A stretch of 58,268 nucleotides of DNA, filler included, from Sphacelaria rigidula (Eukaryota): assembly GCA_964200075.2 (NCBI GenBank). It is 4 parts of 4 records of this genome, joined end to end, with 100 filler letters (N's around TTAATTAATTAA, not from the genome) between each part and the next. Parts side by side here need not be neighbours in the genome. Positions count along the whole stretch, not along the records: positions 1 to 14,494 come from CAXNAA020002220.1; 3 more parts are not named here. The stretch is one strand, 5' to 3'. Position numbers and translations under genes: made by a program. Positions 1 through 12,731 of the stretch are shown here, in pieces. How positions within the stretch are numbered: position 1 is the first letter of the stretch; the number at the start of each line of letters is the position of its first letter. The notes below the pieces were generated by a model. That model searched no databases and had not been told where the DNA came from. It worked only from the letters and a program-made list of their open reading frames with translations.

Positions 1-272
1 CAACTTTTGCGCCATTCCACGTGTTTGTGCTGCGTGTACCTGGGTTGCAACGCTGAAAACAAAGCCTGGGGATTGATTCGTACGATTCGAATCAGTTATA
101 CTAAAACCAAGTAACTCCCAGACGAAATCATTCATTTGTTCGACCCTTGGAATATTCGCACTTGAACCCTTTTGTTGCAGCTGACTGGATTTTCTCCTTT
201 AATCACTTCCACCCCCCCGTTTGCTTTCGAACCAAGCTCTTGACCCCAACACGCAAAAAAGGCACGACCCAC

Positions 273-443
273 CTCTTCTTTGGACGTTTTGAGGCGCTGC
301 TTCTTCATCACCAGGGACTGGCACAGTCCGTGCACCTGTCTTTGGCGGATATGCGCATGCAGTTGCTGGGTCGTTTCGTTGCCCACCCAATGGTTCCGGA
401 ACTCGTCCAGCCAGATCGATAGCGCTTGCGTCAGCGCGGGCGA
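273..443 (-). CDS. Internal exon of unknown multi-exon gene A (SPALTQALSIWLDEFRNHW...SKEE)
   Basis: TTTGCAG acceptor at 444-450 and GTGGGT donor at 272. Length 171 nt, phase 0/0, compatible with the upstream exon. The gene continues beyond the window start. Confidence 0.7.
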
Positions 444-714
444 CTGCAAACATCAACACAAACATAAACACAAGCAGAGCGAGAGACAGGCACGCCGCAA
501 ACATACAAACAAGTACAAGGATGGGACGAAAAATGACCCGTCTAAAAATTTCTTGCTTTTTTTTATCAACAGCGTTAGAAATTGGCGATTGTGCGGAAAT
601 AATGATGACGGTACCAACAGCAACAATCCCTCAGAATGTTCACCATGCCAACTGGATCGAATCCATGAGAGGGTTAGCCGTGAGTACAGTATATGACCCA
701 GAATAACCCCCGCG

Positions 715-826
715 GGGAGGGGGGGGCGGGGGGAGTACTCATGATCTTGCATGCCGTAGTCGGAAGACTGTTGACTTAGCGTTCCTACAAAGCAGGGACG
801 AAGCACGCCGGGGTATCGCCGGACCA
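715..826 (-). mobile_element. 3' end fragment of a second LINE-like subfamily (another copy at about 5310-5422)
   Basis: The two copies share TTGCATGCCGTAGTCGG...ACAAAGC.GGGACGAAGCACGCCGGG. On the minus strand this copy ends in ATGAGTAC plus a C-rich tract. The 5.3-kb copy translates as GCEVKNHPTTAC, resembling the GCVVxGQTTKAS end of the LINE at 6.7-7.6 kb. Confidence 0.55.
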
Positions 827-1270
827 GCCTCGCAATCAATCACCGAGCGCGAAGCGCCGTGATGTTCTCAGCGAGTCGCATGAAGGATGAGCCGTATCCT
901 GCCAAGATTGTTCGACCCGGAGCGTTCTATTATGATCATCTTGCACTTGAATCACAGCCTCCAATGAGTTGCTCCATTTTCTGATGTCGCCACTTCCAAA
1001 GACGACCACGATTTACACTGCCTCATGGATGTCTCACCATTTGAGGGGAGGGGGGTCTGGATGGGGTTGATGCACACCAAACATTGGGGGTCCCATCACA
1101 AGCCTGATCCGCTATACTGACACTACGTTATTATAACACCAGCACGATGCAAGCATGCGGAGATGGCGACCCACCGCACTATACAGGGATCTCACTGTAC
1201 CCCAATGCAGGACTGTATATACCGACACGATCCAAAGAGTAGCAGGAAATCCGTTACTTTCGTCTTGGAG

Positions 1271-1468
1271 AGGGGAGGGGAGGGGGGGGGGGCAAAAGGG
1301 TACTCATTTGTTGCTGACCTTAGTTGTTCGACCGTTGACCACGCCAACTCCTTCGAGACGGAGCACATGACGGGTGGGGTGGGGTGGGGGTGGGGGGGAG
1401 GGCGCGCTCATTTGTTGCTTACCTTAGCCGTTTGACCATAGACCACGCATCCCTTTCGAGACGGAGCA
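1271..1468 (-). mobile_element. Two tandem, severely 5'-truncated LINE 3' ends
   Basis: Both are reverse complements of 7488-7570 (GTCTCGAAAGGGATGCGTGGTC...GCAACAAATGAG plus C-rich tract). Confidence 0.7.
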
Positions 1469-1870
1469 TGCCATAGCCATTGGGGGCTGGAGGGGGGCAC
1501 TTTACCACATACAATGTACCCCTGGCAACGCCGAAGGGTGAACGTGTCCTACTAGATGTGCCAGAAGTTGTAGACCCTGGTAATGGTAGCCATCTTTCCA
1601 TGACAGTATTGCAGACGAGCTACGAGTCGGTGGACTGTTCAGAGTACGCTTTTGATACTATAATACACCAACCCCTTGATCGCCCAAGCAGTCAAAATCA
1701 ATCTGTACGAGTCGGCCATCATTTTTATTCGAAAACCAAGTCGACAAACCCACATGACCTACTCTCGGAGTCAAACAAAGGTTTGAAACAGAATTGATGA
1801 GGAATGAAAAGAGAGAGTAAGCCCATGATACTCGTACATGACACACGACCCTAGTTTAGCGTCGACCTAC

Positions 1871-2047
1871 CTGAGGATAAACGGTGGGGCTGAGTTCGTC
1901 CGCTACACGCTGCTCCACCGCCACTTTGAACGTTTCCATCGTTGCCTCCCACTCCTGCACCACAACCTTCAGCTGCGTGTCGGCAGCCTGCTCCGCCTGG
2001 ATCACGTCGTTCGACCCATTGTATGCGAAAGTCTCGCACTTGAACAC
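1871..2047 (-). CDS. Internal exon of gene A (VFKCETFAYNG...PTVYPQ)
   Basis: TTGCAG acceptor at 2048-2053, GTAGG donor at 1870. Length 177 nt, phase 0/0. Confidence 0.75.
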
Positions 2048-3266
2048 CTGCAACAAAAGGGCGAACGGGCGAAACAAACAAGCGAGCAAGATGGGAAGAG
2101 AGGGAGAATGCCTTCAAAACACAGCACACCCCCGCTGGGCGGTTAGAAATTTTCATGCATCATGCGAATATTGTCGCCACGTCCACGTCCACTTTCGTGA
2201 GTTTTTTTCGGGGAGGGCGGAGGGGTATAGAACATGATCATGACATGACGTCACATAACAATCACATGGTTGTTTCACATGTAGGCTTTTGTTCCGTATG
2301 CGCGCATAAAGTTTAGCTCAATTTGGGGGTTTTGAGATTAAATAGGCCTTTTTCCCCAGAATTTTTTCAACCCTGGACAACGTACGGTCAAGAATTGACA
2401 AAATACAGAAAAACGTGCTGCGTAAAGTATGAACCTATCGCAATCACTGTACATATTTTTGCCGTGTATATATTTCAACTATTTTCGAAAGACAAAAATG
2501 TACCGCGTGAAGTATAGGTCTATTGCAATTATTGACCATATGATTGTCCATGGTATGCAAGTATCTGACTTCCGCTGTTGAAAACGTGAGGACAGGAGTA
2601 TGAACTAAAAATAAAAAATAACTGTTTTTCGGCTGAGTTTGTCAGACGACAGTCGACGTCGTGCGAGAGTGCTGATGGGCATGATCCAATAAATCCGCGA
2701 TACCACAATGTGATCAAGGCGTGTACCCGGGAAGAGATGCGTTGATCTCTTGTAGACTTTCGGCTGTCTCTCGAGGAAAGGGGGGAACGGTTAGAAGTCG
2801 GAACAAAATCGAAGGAAAAAAAGCGTCAATATTGATAAATGTAAGCACGACAACATACCGCGGAAACTTGACGGCTGGCTCCCGCAGATATCGATATACA
2901 TCGTTGCATACTTTTACACCTCATCAAATTACAGCCACCACACTTTTGACCGGATCACCTACCCGGAATCAACGGACACGGAGCAAACTGCCCCGAGATA
3001 GAGCGACCCAGGCCATTCGTCAGCGAAACGAGGGCAAAGTAAAACACACGCACAGAGTATCCGATGCAAACTAGAAGAACCAAGACAGGCACGGACTGAA
3101 TCCCCCACAAAACACGAACTACACAGAGGGAAAAAATACAAACCGATACAAGACCTCGTCACATCCAACTCTCTGGGTTCCCATTCTCGCATACTACGAC
3201 AGTCACAGGAGGTTACACAAGCCCAAGACCGAAACCGGCACGTACGGGAAGATAAATGACGCATAC

Positions 3267-4530
3267 CTGCAGACGAGCCCGTAGAGAGCGCTCCACGATG
3301 GCATCGATCACGCGGCACCCCTCCGCTATCAGCAACTCCGACCACTTCTCCCGGGCGGCCATCGAACGAGCCAGCAGGGGCTGCTTCTCTGCCGCGCGCA
3401 GCACACCCACGGTAGCATCATGAAGGGCAGTCATCTCCGCCCGCTTGCGCTCGAGAAGCTCGGCAGCGCAAGCGCGGTTCTGCGCCGCGAAGCACAGCGC
3501 GATGCCCATCGGCTGGGACTGCTCGCGCAGCTGCTCCCGTCGCGCTTCGAGTGTGAGCTCCAGCTGCCGCTTCACCGACTCCTCGTAGGACGTCCAGAGG
3601 TCTTCGGCAAGAGCACTCGCTTCCTCTTCGTCACTCTTGACGTCCTGCCCTCCCGCGCCGTCGGCCGGAGCCTCCGTGATGAACGCCAAGCTGAACGGGA
3701 ACGACAGCCCGTGAAGCGCCATGGTTACCTCGGTCAGCCACTCTACCAGCGCCGCCTCGGCCTCCTGTAAGCGGGGGGCGAACTGCGGATTCCACTCGAT
3801 GTTCGACGTCATGGACGCTAATCCGCTGCTGCTGCCGGCGCCTCCGCCGGTGCCCGTGCTGGGGTCGTGCAACCCCACCCCCGTGCTGGCCTCGATCACC
3901 CCGCAGCACTTGAACGCGTTGTCCCGCGCTCGCTCCGCGCGCTCCAGGAGCGTCCACAGGTCTCGCGTGTCCTCGGGACCCTGAGAGCGTCCGTGCTGAT
4001 GCTGGTGTTGCTGGTGCACAGCGAGTGTTCCCGAACCCGTGCCCCTCATTCCGTTGGCGGTTTGTCCCGACATCAGGGCGGCCGTCGGGGCAGGGTACGT
4101 ACGCAGCCACTCATCCACGGTGAGCTCTCGAAGAGCCACCTCCCCGTTCTTGGCGCTGCTGCTCGTGCCGGGTCCGCCAGCGCCGAGCTCCGCCGCCGGG
4201 GTGTTTCCCGCTGGCGCTGCCGCCGCCGCTTGCACCACGCTCATGACCTGCCGCAAAAGATCTGGCGTTACTGGAGCTCGGATACGGAGTCGATCCGGCG
4301 TCCCCGGCGGCTGCTCGTCAGCCTGCGTTTTGTGGGCTTCGTTTTTCCCGCCCGCTGATGAGTCAGGCGCGTCAGCGACCGCGCCCTGTTTCCCCCCCGA
4401 CGCTTTCGCGCCTCCCCGTGTGTGCTGCTTGATTCGCTCATGGCTGTAGCAGGCGGCGAGCTTGACGAGCTTGGTGATGGGAAAGCCACCCCTCGTCATG
4501 CCGGCGTCCAAGGCGTCGCGTAAGCTTTGT
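3267..4530 (-). CDS. Large internal exon of gene A (helical/coiled-coil, Ala/Gly-rich; function unknown)
   Basis: GC-rich part of the 452-aa ORF, bounded by a CTGCAG acceptor (4531-4536) and a CAG|GTATGC donor. Phase 2/0. Confidence 0.85.
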
Positions 4531-5514
4531 CTGCAGATTCCGCAGTTGACGTTGTCTATGCTGCTCCGCACCTTTGTTCATGGCGAGAGTGGGGATGGTT
4601 GGGGTTAGGACAGTGCGAACGGGCAAGACGCATAAAATTAGTGGCAAAAAACAAGACCTACAACTTGGCATGAAAGTCTTGCGTTGCATCACTCGTGTGG
4701 GGTCTACGGCTCTCTCGACGGGACCATTTGTTCAATAGTTACTAGGCCCTGATTCAGTAGAGAAAAATGCATTTCCAACCCAGTACGCACGTCCTTCTAT
4801 GCGACGTCTCATGCTCATCTTAATGCAAGCGTTACACGTCAGAGCTCATTTTTAGCACAGGGCCGCATGACTTTCCAGCAGGCACATGCCGTTTGCAAAT
4901 GGAATTACACGTTCAAGAGAGGGAGCGTAGCATCCAGCACCCCGAGCTCAACACATCTCAATCACCATTCCCCCAAGCAGACGCGTGCATTGCACACATC
5001 ATCAGAGGAGGGCTGAGCCAACCATCCCACGCACCAGAAGCACCATGGTCGTGCGGGGGGGAGGAGGGTAGCACTGTCTGTACTTAAACCCGCGGAGAAC
5101 CCAAGCGGAACCTTCCAAGAATTTGGGAATCGCAATTTTGGGTGCAGGCAGCGAAACGTTTTCAGCTCGGAGATTGTTGGTACAGCGCTTCCATGACGAC
5201 TTCAAGGCACCCTGGGCCTATCGCGCTGGCGGCTGAAGCCTGCTCAACATTTTGCGCTCGGCGCATCAAGGGCCACAACACCGTCCGACTTTTGATACCC
5301 GGGCCTGCGCGGGATGGGGGTGGGTATGTTCTTTCTGATGTTATTGCATGCCGTAGTCGGATGATTCTTGACCTCGCATCCCCACAAAGCCGGGACGAAG
5401 CACGCCGGGTTTACACCGGACCACACTCACCTCTGCGGGGGGGGGGGCGCAAAAAAGTACATACAGTACAAGCAGGCTTGCCGGCCAAAAAAAGCGTCTC
5501 CGCATATCAGTACC

Positions 5515-5655
5515 AGACCCTGGATAATGACAAAATATTCCAGTCAAAAAGTGTACTGGGTACAGTATCGACTATGGCTTCTATTGAAATAGACAATAGA
5601 TTGCATACTGTGCACTGTACATTTTCTTCAAATGGAATCTTTTGTGCAGGGTGTG
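5515..5655. mobile_element. Palindromic MITE of the CACACCCTGGACA family (degenerate copy)
   Basis: Similar to copies at about 37520-37808, 49060-49195, 51975-52110 and 57362-57490. Confidence 0.6.
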
Positions 5656-6719
5656 ATGAGTAGCGAGAGGGGTGGTGTGTGCTTCCTGCAGTACAAGTAC
5701 GGAAAAGAACCATCGCGCTCGCATTAGCGGGTGGCGTGTGCTGGGTCTAGAGGGCTCGACACGGGCAGATCTGCTCCCGATCCTCTGCAGCTGATCGACC
5801 TTCGATTGTTTGACGCTACTTCTGGGCACCGAGGCTCTGATGTGGTGCCAAAGTGGTGGACATAGTGACGCTGATATGCACATGATACTTGACATTAGCG
5901 GGACATTTCTTCAAATGGTCCCGCCGAGGTGCGGTCGTGCATTTCGACGTAAAAGCATCATCTTTTGCCGTAGTTATTTTTGCACCACGAGCACGGAGAT
6001 ATAGCACCATGTAGTCACAGGGGAGCGGTACATGTACGACGAAATTGAACAGCGTCCCGATTTTTCAACCCAGCCCCTGGGGAGGGGGGGGGGTCTTTAC
6101 AACAGTCCCAAGTCATAGAGCTGCCAGACGTTGCCAGCCTTCAAAACTGAAGTTGAGTGACGTCTTCAGAGCTTCAGAGCACGTTACTGGATTCCGAGTT
6201 GACTGTGAGTCAGAAAAATCGGTATCATGTGATGGAAAAAAAATGAGGCGGCTGAGTTTCGGTGTGTTCCTTGGATGCCAGACTGCGCCCCGTGGAAACA
6301 GTGCATGAAAAGCTCAAGCTCGCCTCGATAATTTATACAAATGTCAGATTTTTTGTGCAGGAACGCAGATGCTTGAAAGGCCTTGGGGTTGCCTACCATC
6401 ATGCTGGTTTTCGGTCACCGTATGAAATATATTCACAGGCTCAAAGAAAAAGGTGAGGGGGCGGGCGCTCCGGAACTGACGGTTGCGTGCCACCCCTCGG
6501 CAATACTGAATGACGTGTTGACCATTCCATTCGACTGAGATGGGATCACGCTTGAATCGGCATCACGTTCACCAGGAAAAAACGATTTTCAGACCCAGAT
6601 AATCCACCCTGGCGATTCAATGATTGGTGAGAGCGAGCCGCTTAATTTTGTTCGGCGGAGCTCGAGAGCACCTTTGGGCAGGAGAGACAACGTCCAAAAA
6701 GAAACAGGGCTGGGCCCGC

Positions 6720-7570
6720 TAGGCTTTTGAAACAAACAGGGACATGAGAAAATTGAGGTGGAAATATAGCGTGAAAAACATGCAGAGAAAGAGATTGCCA
6801 GCTAGAGTTGATGAGAGTTGTATGGCAGAGAAGTACGAAAGGGCAGAGGGGAATAAGGTGGGATAGGGGAGTCGAGAAAGTATGGACGGAGATAGGAGGA
6901 AACCAAGACGAAATACTGTCCATGGGTGAAGGCGCGGGGTACAAGACAATAGTGAGAGACATGGTATAAATGAGGGAGAAGCGCTCAAACGCCAAGTAGA
7001 CGGGGAAGAACACCCGAAGGTATACGGGGGGTTGAGAGAGGGGATAGGGATGAAAACCATATCTGCATGGCCCAATGGACGCGGCAAAAAAGTTGAAACT
7101 GCGATTTCGGGTGGGGGACTTGTCCTGCCAGAAGGCAGGAAGAGATATACCAGTAGTCGAGTGGAGGAGGAAATAGATGCAGAGAATTCCTCATGTGGCA
7201 TAGCAATAGAGAGCATGAGTTATGTAGTGGCAGAATGTGAACTACACAGATGAGGAACGGAACGTGCCAGAGGGGGAAATACGGGACAAACCGAAGATGG
7301 CATGGGATCGTTTGATGCATTAGACAGTAGGGAGAAAACGATGGCTGTACTAGGAATAGGTTGTGGCCACAGACGACGAAACAGGACAGGGATAAGATAT
7401 GTGAAAGGGTTTCGTGCAGTGTATGAAATAAACGTAATGAGCACCTGAATGCTGGACTTGTCTCTATTGGGGGCAGGAACGGCGCTTCGTCTCGAAAGGG
7501 ATGCGTGGTCATTGGCCAAACGACCAAGGCAAGCAACAGATGAGTACCACCCTCCCGCCCCCCCCCCCAC
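6720..7570 (+). mobile_element. 5'-truncated, frameshifted non-LTR retrotransposon (LINE) ORF2 C-terminus, inside a gene A intron
   Basis: Purine-rich strand. Across frameshifts it reads RDMRKLRWKY..M..KRLP, IRWDRGVEKVW, EGIGMKT, RKRYTSSR..CG..ES..VVAECELH, GCVV.GQTTKASN. This resembles a post-RT LINE region with a Cys/His cluster. Its 3' end recurs four more times in the window. Confidence 0.7.
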
Positions 7571-7613
7571 CTAACTGGGTAGGACGAGCACACGTCAACA
7601 CATACACAAGCAC

Positions 7614-7657
7614 CGCGCATGAAATCGCAACTGGGAGCTTGTCCGCATAACAACCGC
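7614..7657 (-). CDS. Putative 44-nt exon 2 of gene A (AVVMRTSSQLRFHAR)
   Basis: CAG acceptor and GT donor. Phase 0/2 exactly bridges exon 1 (phase 0) and the large exon (phase 2). Confidence 0.5.
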
Positions 7658-8548
7658 CTGCTACCCGAGCGGGAGCTCGTGGCGTCAAGAGTCGTGGGAA
7701 GGGAGGGGAGCCTTGGTCCATTTCTGCCGTTTTGAGCATGTGGGCGAACAAATGAAAAAACGCCCGATGTTTCACACTTGAAACTCTATAAATACCATCA
7801 GCATAGTGCCCCTCCCCCCCCGACCTTCTTGCGGCCACCTACGCTTGCACTACTGCCGCTGCCCCATAGCCCGGTGGGGGGGGGGGGTGCCGATGGCCGG
7901 ATTCTCGGAACAGTTGGTCGCGAGGGATCGAAGGGTTGATGAATTCAACAGCTTGGGGCGAGTGCCAGGTTTGTTTTCTTTGTACACCTGATGTGCTCAT
8001 TACACAAATGCGAATCAGCCAGCAACCGTGTGCTTCTTGCTAGTTCGCTCCGGGTAATGTACAACAGCAAGAGCGTCAGAGTGTGTCCTCAAAAACTGTT
8101 TGATCGTAAACCCGCTGGATAAAATCTGCCCGAACTTGTGTAGTGCGGTAAAAACAAAATTGCAAGTTGGTCCGTGTGATGGACAGCAACCTATGACACA
8201 CTCTGTCGTGCTCTCCGATCATTTCACGAAATCCCAAATACCGCTGTACTGACTGTGATGTCTGGCGTACAGTGGCACTCCACGAGAGTATGGGAGTCTC
8301 TGCACTGTCCTTTGCTGTCTTGCAAGACACGAGACGAGGATGTATAAGCCACGAAGTACGGTGTAGGGACAGAACACAGCAAGCACAAAGGGTGGGCAAA
8401 TCGCAGCAATACGTGAACAGAGATTGCAGTACAGACAGTGTAGTCAGCAGTTTTACTTCAAATCTATTTCCTCCCTCTCCCCCTCCCCCCCCCTGCTCAA
8501 ACTATGCTTCATGTGACGCTGTCACTGCAGTCTCAACAAGTGCCGCAC

Positions 8549-9160
8549 CTCATCCGCCCCGATGTCCAACACTGGGGGGAATTCCTGCACGAACGACCGG
8601 AACTGCTTCGTCGAGTAGTTCTGCCAGGACCACTCCTTTTGGGCAAACATCTGCACTTGAGGGCTCGTGCCCAGCCCTTCGCCGTTGTGACATCCGTCCG
8701 GAGGCGCCTTGGGTCTGCCCTCCCTGTTACTGCTGTCCTTATTACTATCTCTGTCCCCCAGATCACCACGCTCCCTCTCGCCGGCCATCAACCTCCGTCG
8801 TCCATCTAGCTCCCGAGAGAAAGTCCCGAACCCATTACTACTGCCGCGGCCGTCAGCCCCGCTGCCGCCACCGCCGCCAGCCACCGCCTCACGCCCTGCG
8901 TACCCCCCCCACCAGAGCTCCCGCGACAGCTGTGCAGCGGCACTTGACTCAGCTAAGCCTCCAGCGGCGCTGGCCGAGTTGTCCGTAGACCAACTGGGTC
9001 CGTTTTTTCGGTTTTCTGTCCGGTCGAGGGTGGCAGTGCTGGCGGCGGGTGACAGGGCGATTGCTGGTTCTTGTGGTGGCGGTGGTCTGGAGCTAGATCT
9101 ATTGCTACCGCTGCCGCCGCCCCCCGGTTTTTTCTTGCCTTTGCTTTTTTTGCCTGCCAT
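8549..9160 (-). CDS. First coding exon of gene A (MAGKKSKGKKK..., basic NLS-like N-terminus, low complexity)
   Basis: ATG at 9160, 212-aa GC-rich ORF, GAG|GTGCGG donor at 8548. Confidence 0.8.
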
Positions 9161-10465
9161 TGCGGTGCCGAAAACGTCCCGCTAAGGCCCGGCGGGATCG
9201 CGCGCAGCAGCCGCGCAGGGTGAAGTGTGCTCCCGTGCCCGGGCCCGTGCTCGGTGAACTTGAGCGTGAAGGGCCGTAACGGTGAGCTAGCTTGCGCCGC
9301 TTTGAAGAGGGGAGAGGACTACTTGATGAACAGTACCTAGGTTTTTCCCCTCAATGGTGTGTACTGTGCTGCAATGTCCTGTACTGAAGTGCACAGTTAT
9401 CTGGGCGGTGAGACTTGTTTGGCTCCTTGCCCTATAGAATTCCGCTCCCTCAGTGCTGCTCTGTGCGGTACCGTTCTCACAGTACCGTCTTGTACAGTCA
9501 GGTTGAGCCTAAAATTTCTGGTTGCCGAAACACTTGCCGCCGCTGCTGCTGCTGGACATACAAGAAAGGAATCAATAACAGGCAGCAGAGGGCTGTGAAA
9601 AAGATGCAAGAAACAGGTGAAGGGTCAACAAGTACACTCCGTAACCAATGGTTCACTTGTGTTCGTGAGATGAGGTGCGTACTGTACGTGTGTCTCAGCC
9701 AAAACCAGTCAAGTGTGGGCGATTCAAAAAGCTATGGTGTAACTTGCATCATGGATTGAAGGAAGAAGCATGCCCAAAAACCAAGGGCAGGCCAGCCACG
9801 CACGAAGATCTTTCACTCAACTAAATCGAACCAGCTTCTCCCAGATCCTCGCTGACATACCATGGAGAGTCTCTCGGCTCGATCCTTCCGGCTTCAGCAC
9901 AGGAACAAAATAATGGCGTCCACACCACCCGGAAACAATAATACTACACAGTTTACACCTTTCGCTTCGGTGGTGGCCGGGACACGCAAAGCGTGTGTGG
10001 CAACGCGATTGGACGCGACTCCACCCCTTCACGTCCTGACATAAATACAATCAGTATGCTTCTCTCTCCATCTGCACACATGGCACTCACATGGTGTCTG
10101 ACGTAATCAAGCTCTCCTGCTCTCACGGGGTATAGGTGTGTACTATGCTCTGCAGAGTTCACAGCTCTCTTTCCTCTCTTTCTCTTTCCCTCTTTCCTTA
10201 TATGTCGTTCTCCGAAGCCTTCTACTCTACTGCCTCTACTATTTACCGTCCTCTCTCACGCGCAGTCCATGTCCCTACTCTCGACCCTTCAAAAATATTT
10301 CTCGGGCACATGCGGACCGGATCCAACTTTACTTCCTGTCGGATCGGATCTAGAATGTACTAGTCCTGAAAAGGTACATGTACCCTATATGTTGCCTGGT
10401 TGTTTCAATTTTTCTGCTATTCTGTGAACCAAGACAACACATCAGCGGTAGCAGACAGCGAGAGG

Positions 10466-10972
10466 ATGAAGCGCACAGCAGTGAGCGTCGAGACACCCCC
10501 GAGCATCAAAAAGCGGAGGGAATCAGTGGGAAGGGGTTCATCCCGGGGATCGCGGCTGGTAGCTTCTTTGAATGACACCGACGGGAGTAGTGCGACCGTA
10601 CCGCGCTCCTCGCGTACTACACGCAGTAGTACACCCGCCAAAACTCGAGCATCATCAACAACAGACGCCTCAGCAGCCTCCAACCCACGGCCAAAACGGG
10701 GGAGCACCAGAACCAGCAAGGTTGTGGCTGAGACGAGCGAGCCACCATCTACTTCTAACGATATTGGCGGTGGTAGCGATGGTGGTGTGGAATCTCGCGA
10801 TGGCGCACGTGAGGCGGATCGAGGACTCGCTCCAGGTCGGGGATCAAGAAAACGGTTATCGATATCGAGCGGGAGCCCCAAAAGCAGCAGTGCATGCGAT
10901 GTCGGCGAAGAGGACAAGGTGCTGGCCACGCTGCTGATTCCTGGACTACCACCAAGCATACCGACACGGGAG
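10466..10972 (+). CDS. CDT1: CDT1-like gene, exon 1 (disordered Ser/Thr/Arg-rich N-terminus)
   Basis: ATG at 10466, GAG|GTGGGT donor. Length 507 nt, phase 0, in frame with the next exon. Confidence 0.7.
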
Positions 10973-11563
10973 GTGGGTAATCGTCTTTCGGAAGAGTGTC
11001 GCGACTTAAATTGCTACGATGTTGGCATATAGGGCACGCGCAGAGTAGGTAGGCGTAGGCTGACTGGTTGTACTTTGGTTCACTAGCGGATCAATCCCCG
11101 CGGGATTCCCGTGAGATATCTAGATCATCCAGGAAACTACTCATAACATCAGTGTCGCGTGAGCAAGGTCAGAGTTGACATGTTCTCCGCACACGAACCT
11201 CCACGAGTCTGTAGATCCACAACCTAACTCCTGTGATCTTGGTTGCCAGTTATACTCTATTGCCATCGCTGGACTCCTTGTACGGTACGCAACTTTGCTC
11301 GAGCCTTGGAGCCATGAAAGCCGAAGCCGAACGTACCAATCGACTACGCGTACGAGTATCATCTTTGGTTTGAACGTCTGAACTGAACTCTGTGGTACTA
11401 CAAGTAAAAAAGTGATGGTCGTGCGTTCTGGCTGCTGCTCTAAGATGCTGTACACTGCTGTGTACGACACCTTCACGCCGGCGATAAACCGTCTCCGATG
11501 CTTCCCTCACGCCATCTATCACGCGGTTCCACGGGCGGCCGCTCGGGACCCCCTGCTGTGAAG

Positions 11564-11795
11564 GCGAGCGAAGCAATAATAGGCAGCCCCCCTGCAGCAG
11601 CAGCCAACGCCGCCGAGGCTGATGGTCCCCCGTGCCTGGTGGAAGAAATGTTCGAGGCCTTGGAGCAGGCTTTGCCCATGTTCCGGCGGCGGAGGCAGGC
11701 GACGTTATTCAAGCAGGTAAAGGGCGTTGTGGAGGGGATGTGCCACCGGTCCTTCACGCGGCAACACCTGGCGCGGATTGTCTACGTGTATCCAG
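11564..11795 (+). CDS. CDT1: CDT1-like gene, exon 2 (geminin-binding winged-helix domain)
   Basis: EEMFEALEQALPMFRRRRQATLFKQVKGVVEGMCHRSFTRQHLARIVYVYP follows the Cdt1 middle-domain pattern F..L......R.....F..V...V..M..R.F.......I..VYP. AAG acceptor, G|GT donor. Confidence 0.85.
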
Positions 11796-12184
11796 GTGTG
11801 ATAGTGGAGTGCATTTACGGTCGTGGTAGATGAACATTGGACACTGCACCATGCAACCCTGCACCCCGATCTGTACACGAAATGGGTCCTTGTACGGCAC
11901 AGAGTTTGACTCTCCCGCTCCCGTTGAATCGAGAGTCTTGCGATGCCTCTCGATAACTGCGTGCCGATTTCTCCCCTCTCCACCGCCTCAGAGCTTGTAA
12001 GGATGATGTGAGTCCAGCAGGGAGGAGGGTGAAAGGGTGCGGTGGGGCGTTAGTTGTACTGCGCGCACGAAGATGTCTCGAGCTTTTGTTCACCGTGTTC
12101 GCTGCCCCACAACATTCACCCGCCCACTCATTCTCCACTCTTCAATCACCACGGCCGCCCGACTCTACACGACATCACCTGCAG

Positions 12185-12428
12185 ACGCCTACGTACTTTC
12201 TAGCAAGGCCGACTCTCGTCCAACAAGGGGAGGCTACATCCTGAGAGACCTCTTGATAGAAATTGGACCGGCAGGCGACGGAGGAGACACTGGCTCCATG
12301 TCCTCCAGCCAAGCTAGCAGTAGCAGCGCCACTACCGCTAGCAGTGGTGGTGGAAAATGGCGTAACGGCATCGCGGCTGATCAGAGAAGGGAGACGTTTT
12401 GCCAGTTGCTCTCTCAGGCCCGGGATAG
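12185..12428 (+). CDS. CDT1: CDT1-like gene, exon 3
   Basis: CTGCAG acceptor in phase 1 gives YP-DAY..., followed by the Cdt1-type RRETFCQLL motif. AG|GTGAGG donor. Confidence 0.75.
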
Positions 12429-12731
12429 GTGAGGGAGCTTTGGAAGGAGGCAATTGCATGGCCACATGATCTCTCGGGACATCGGGTACCGCGGTATGGT
12501 ATTTTGACCGCTGCAGCGAGCTTTTCGTTTCCCCGCCGCTCTGTTGTGTTTGAGGGAGGGAACCGAGCGTGACCACGCGCAGTGATCAACGCGGCCCCTG
12601 GAAAGTATGGCTGTAGTATAGCAAGCAGCCCGTGCACATGTGTTGCCACTGTGGCAATTCTGTACTGTCGCCTTGTCGTTGCGAAGAGTGCAGAACGGAA
12701 GAAATGGAATCCCCTACTCGTCTCGTGCCAG

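Noticed and set aside
5330-5410. Hammerhead ribozyme (CTGATG...CGAA)
   Set aside because: The core CUGANGA and GAAA are incomplete and no supporting stems are evident. The sequence is explained as a LINE 3' end.
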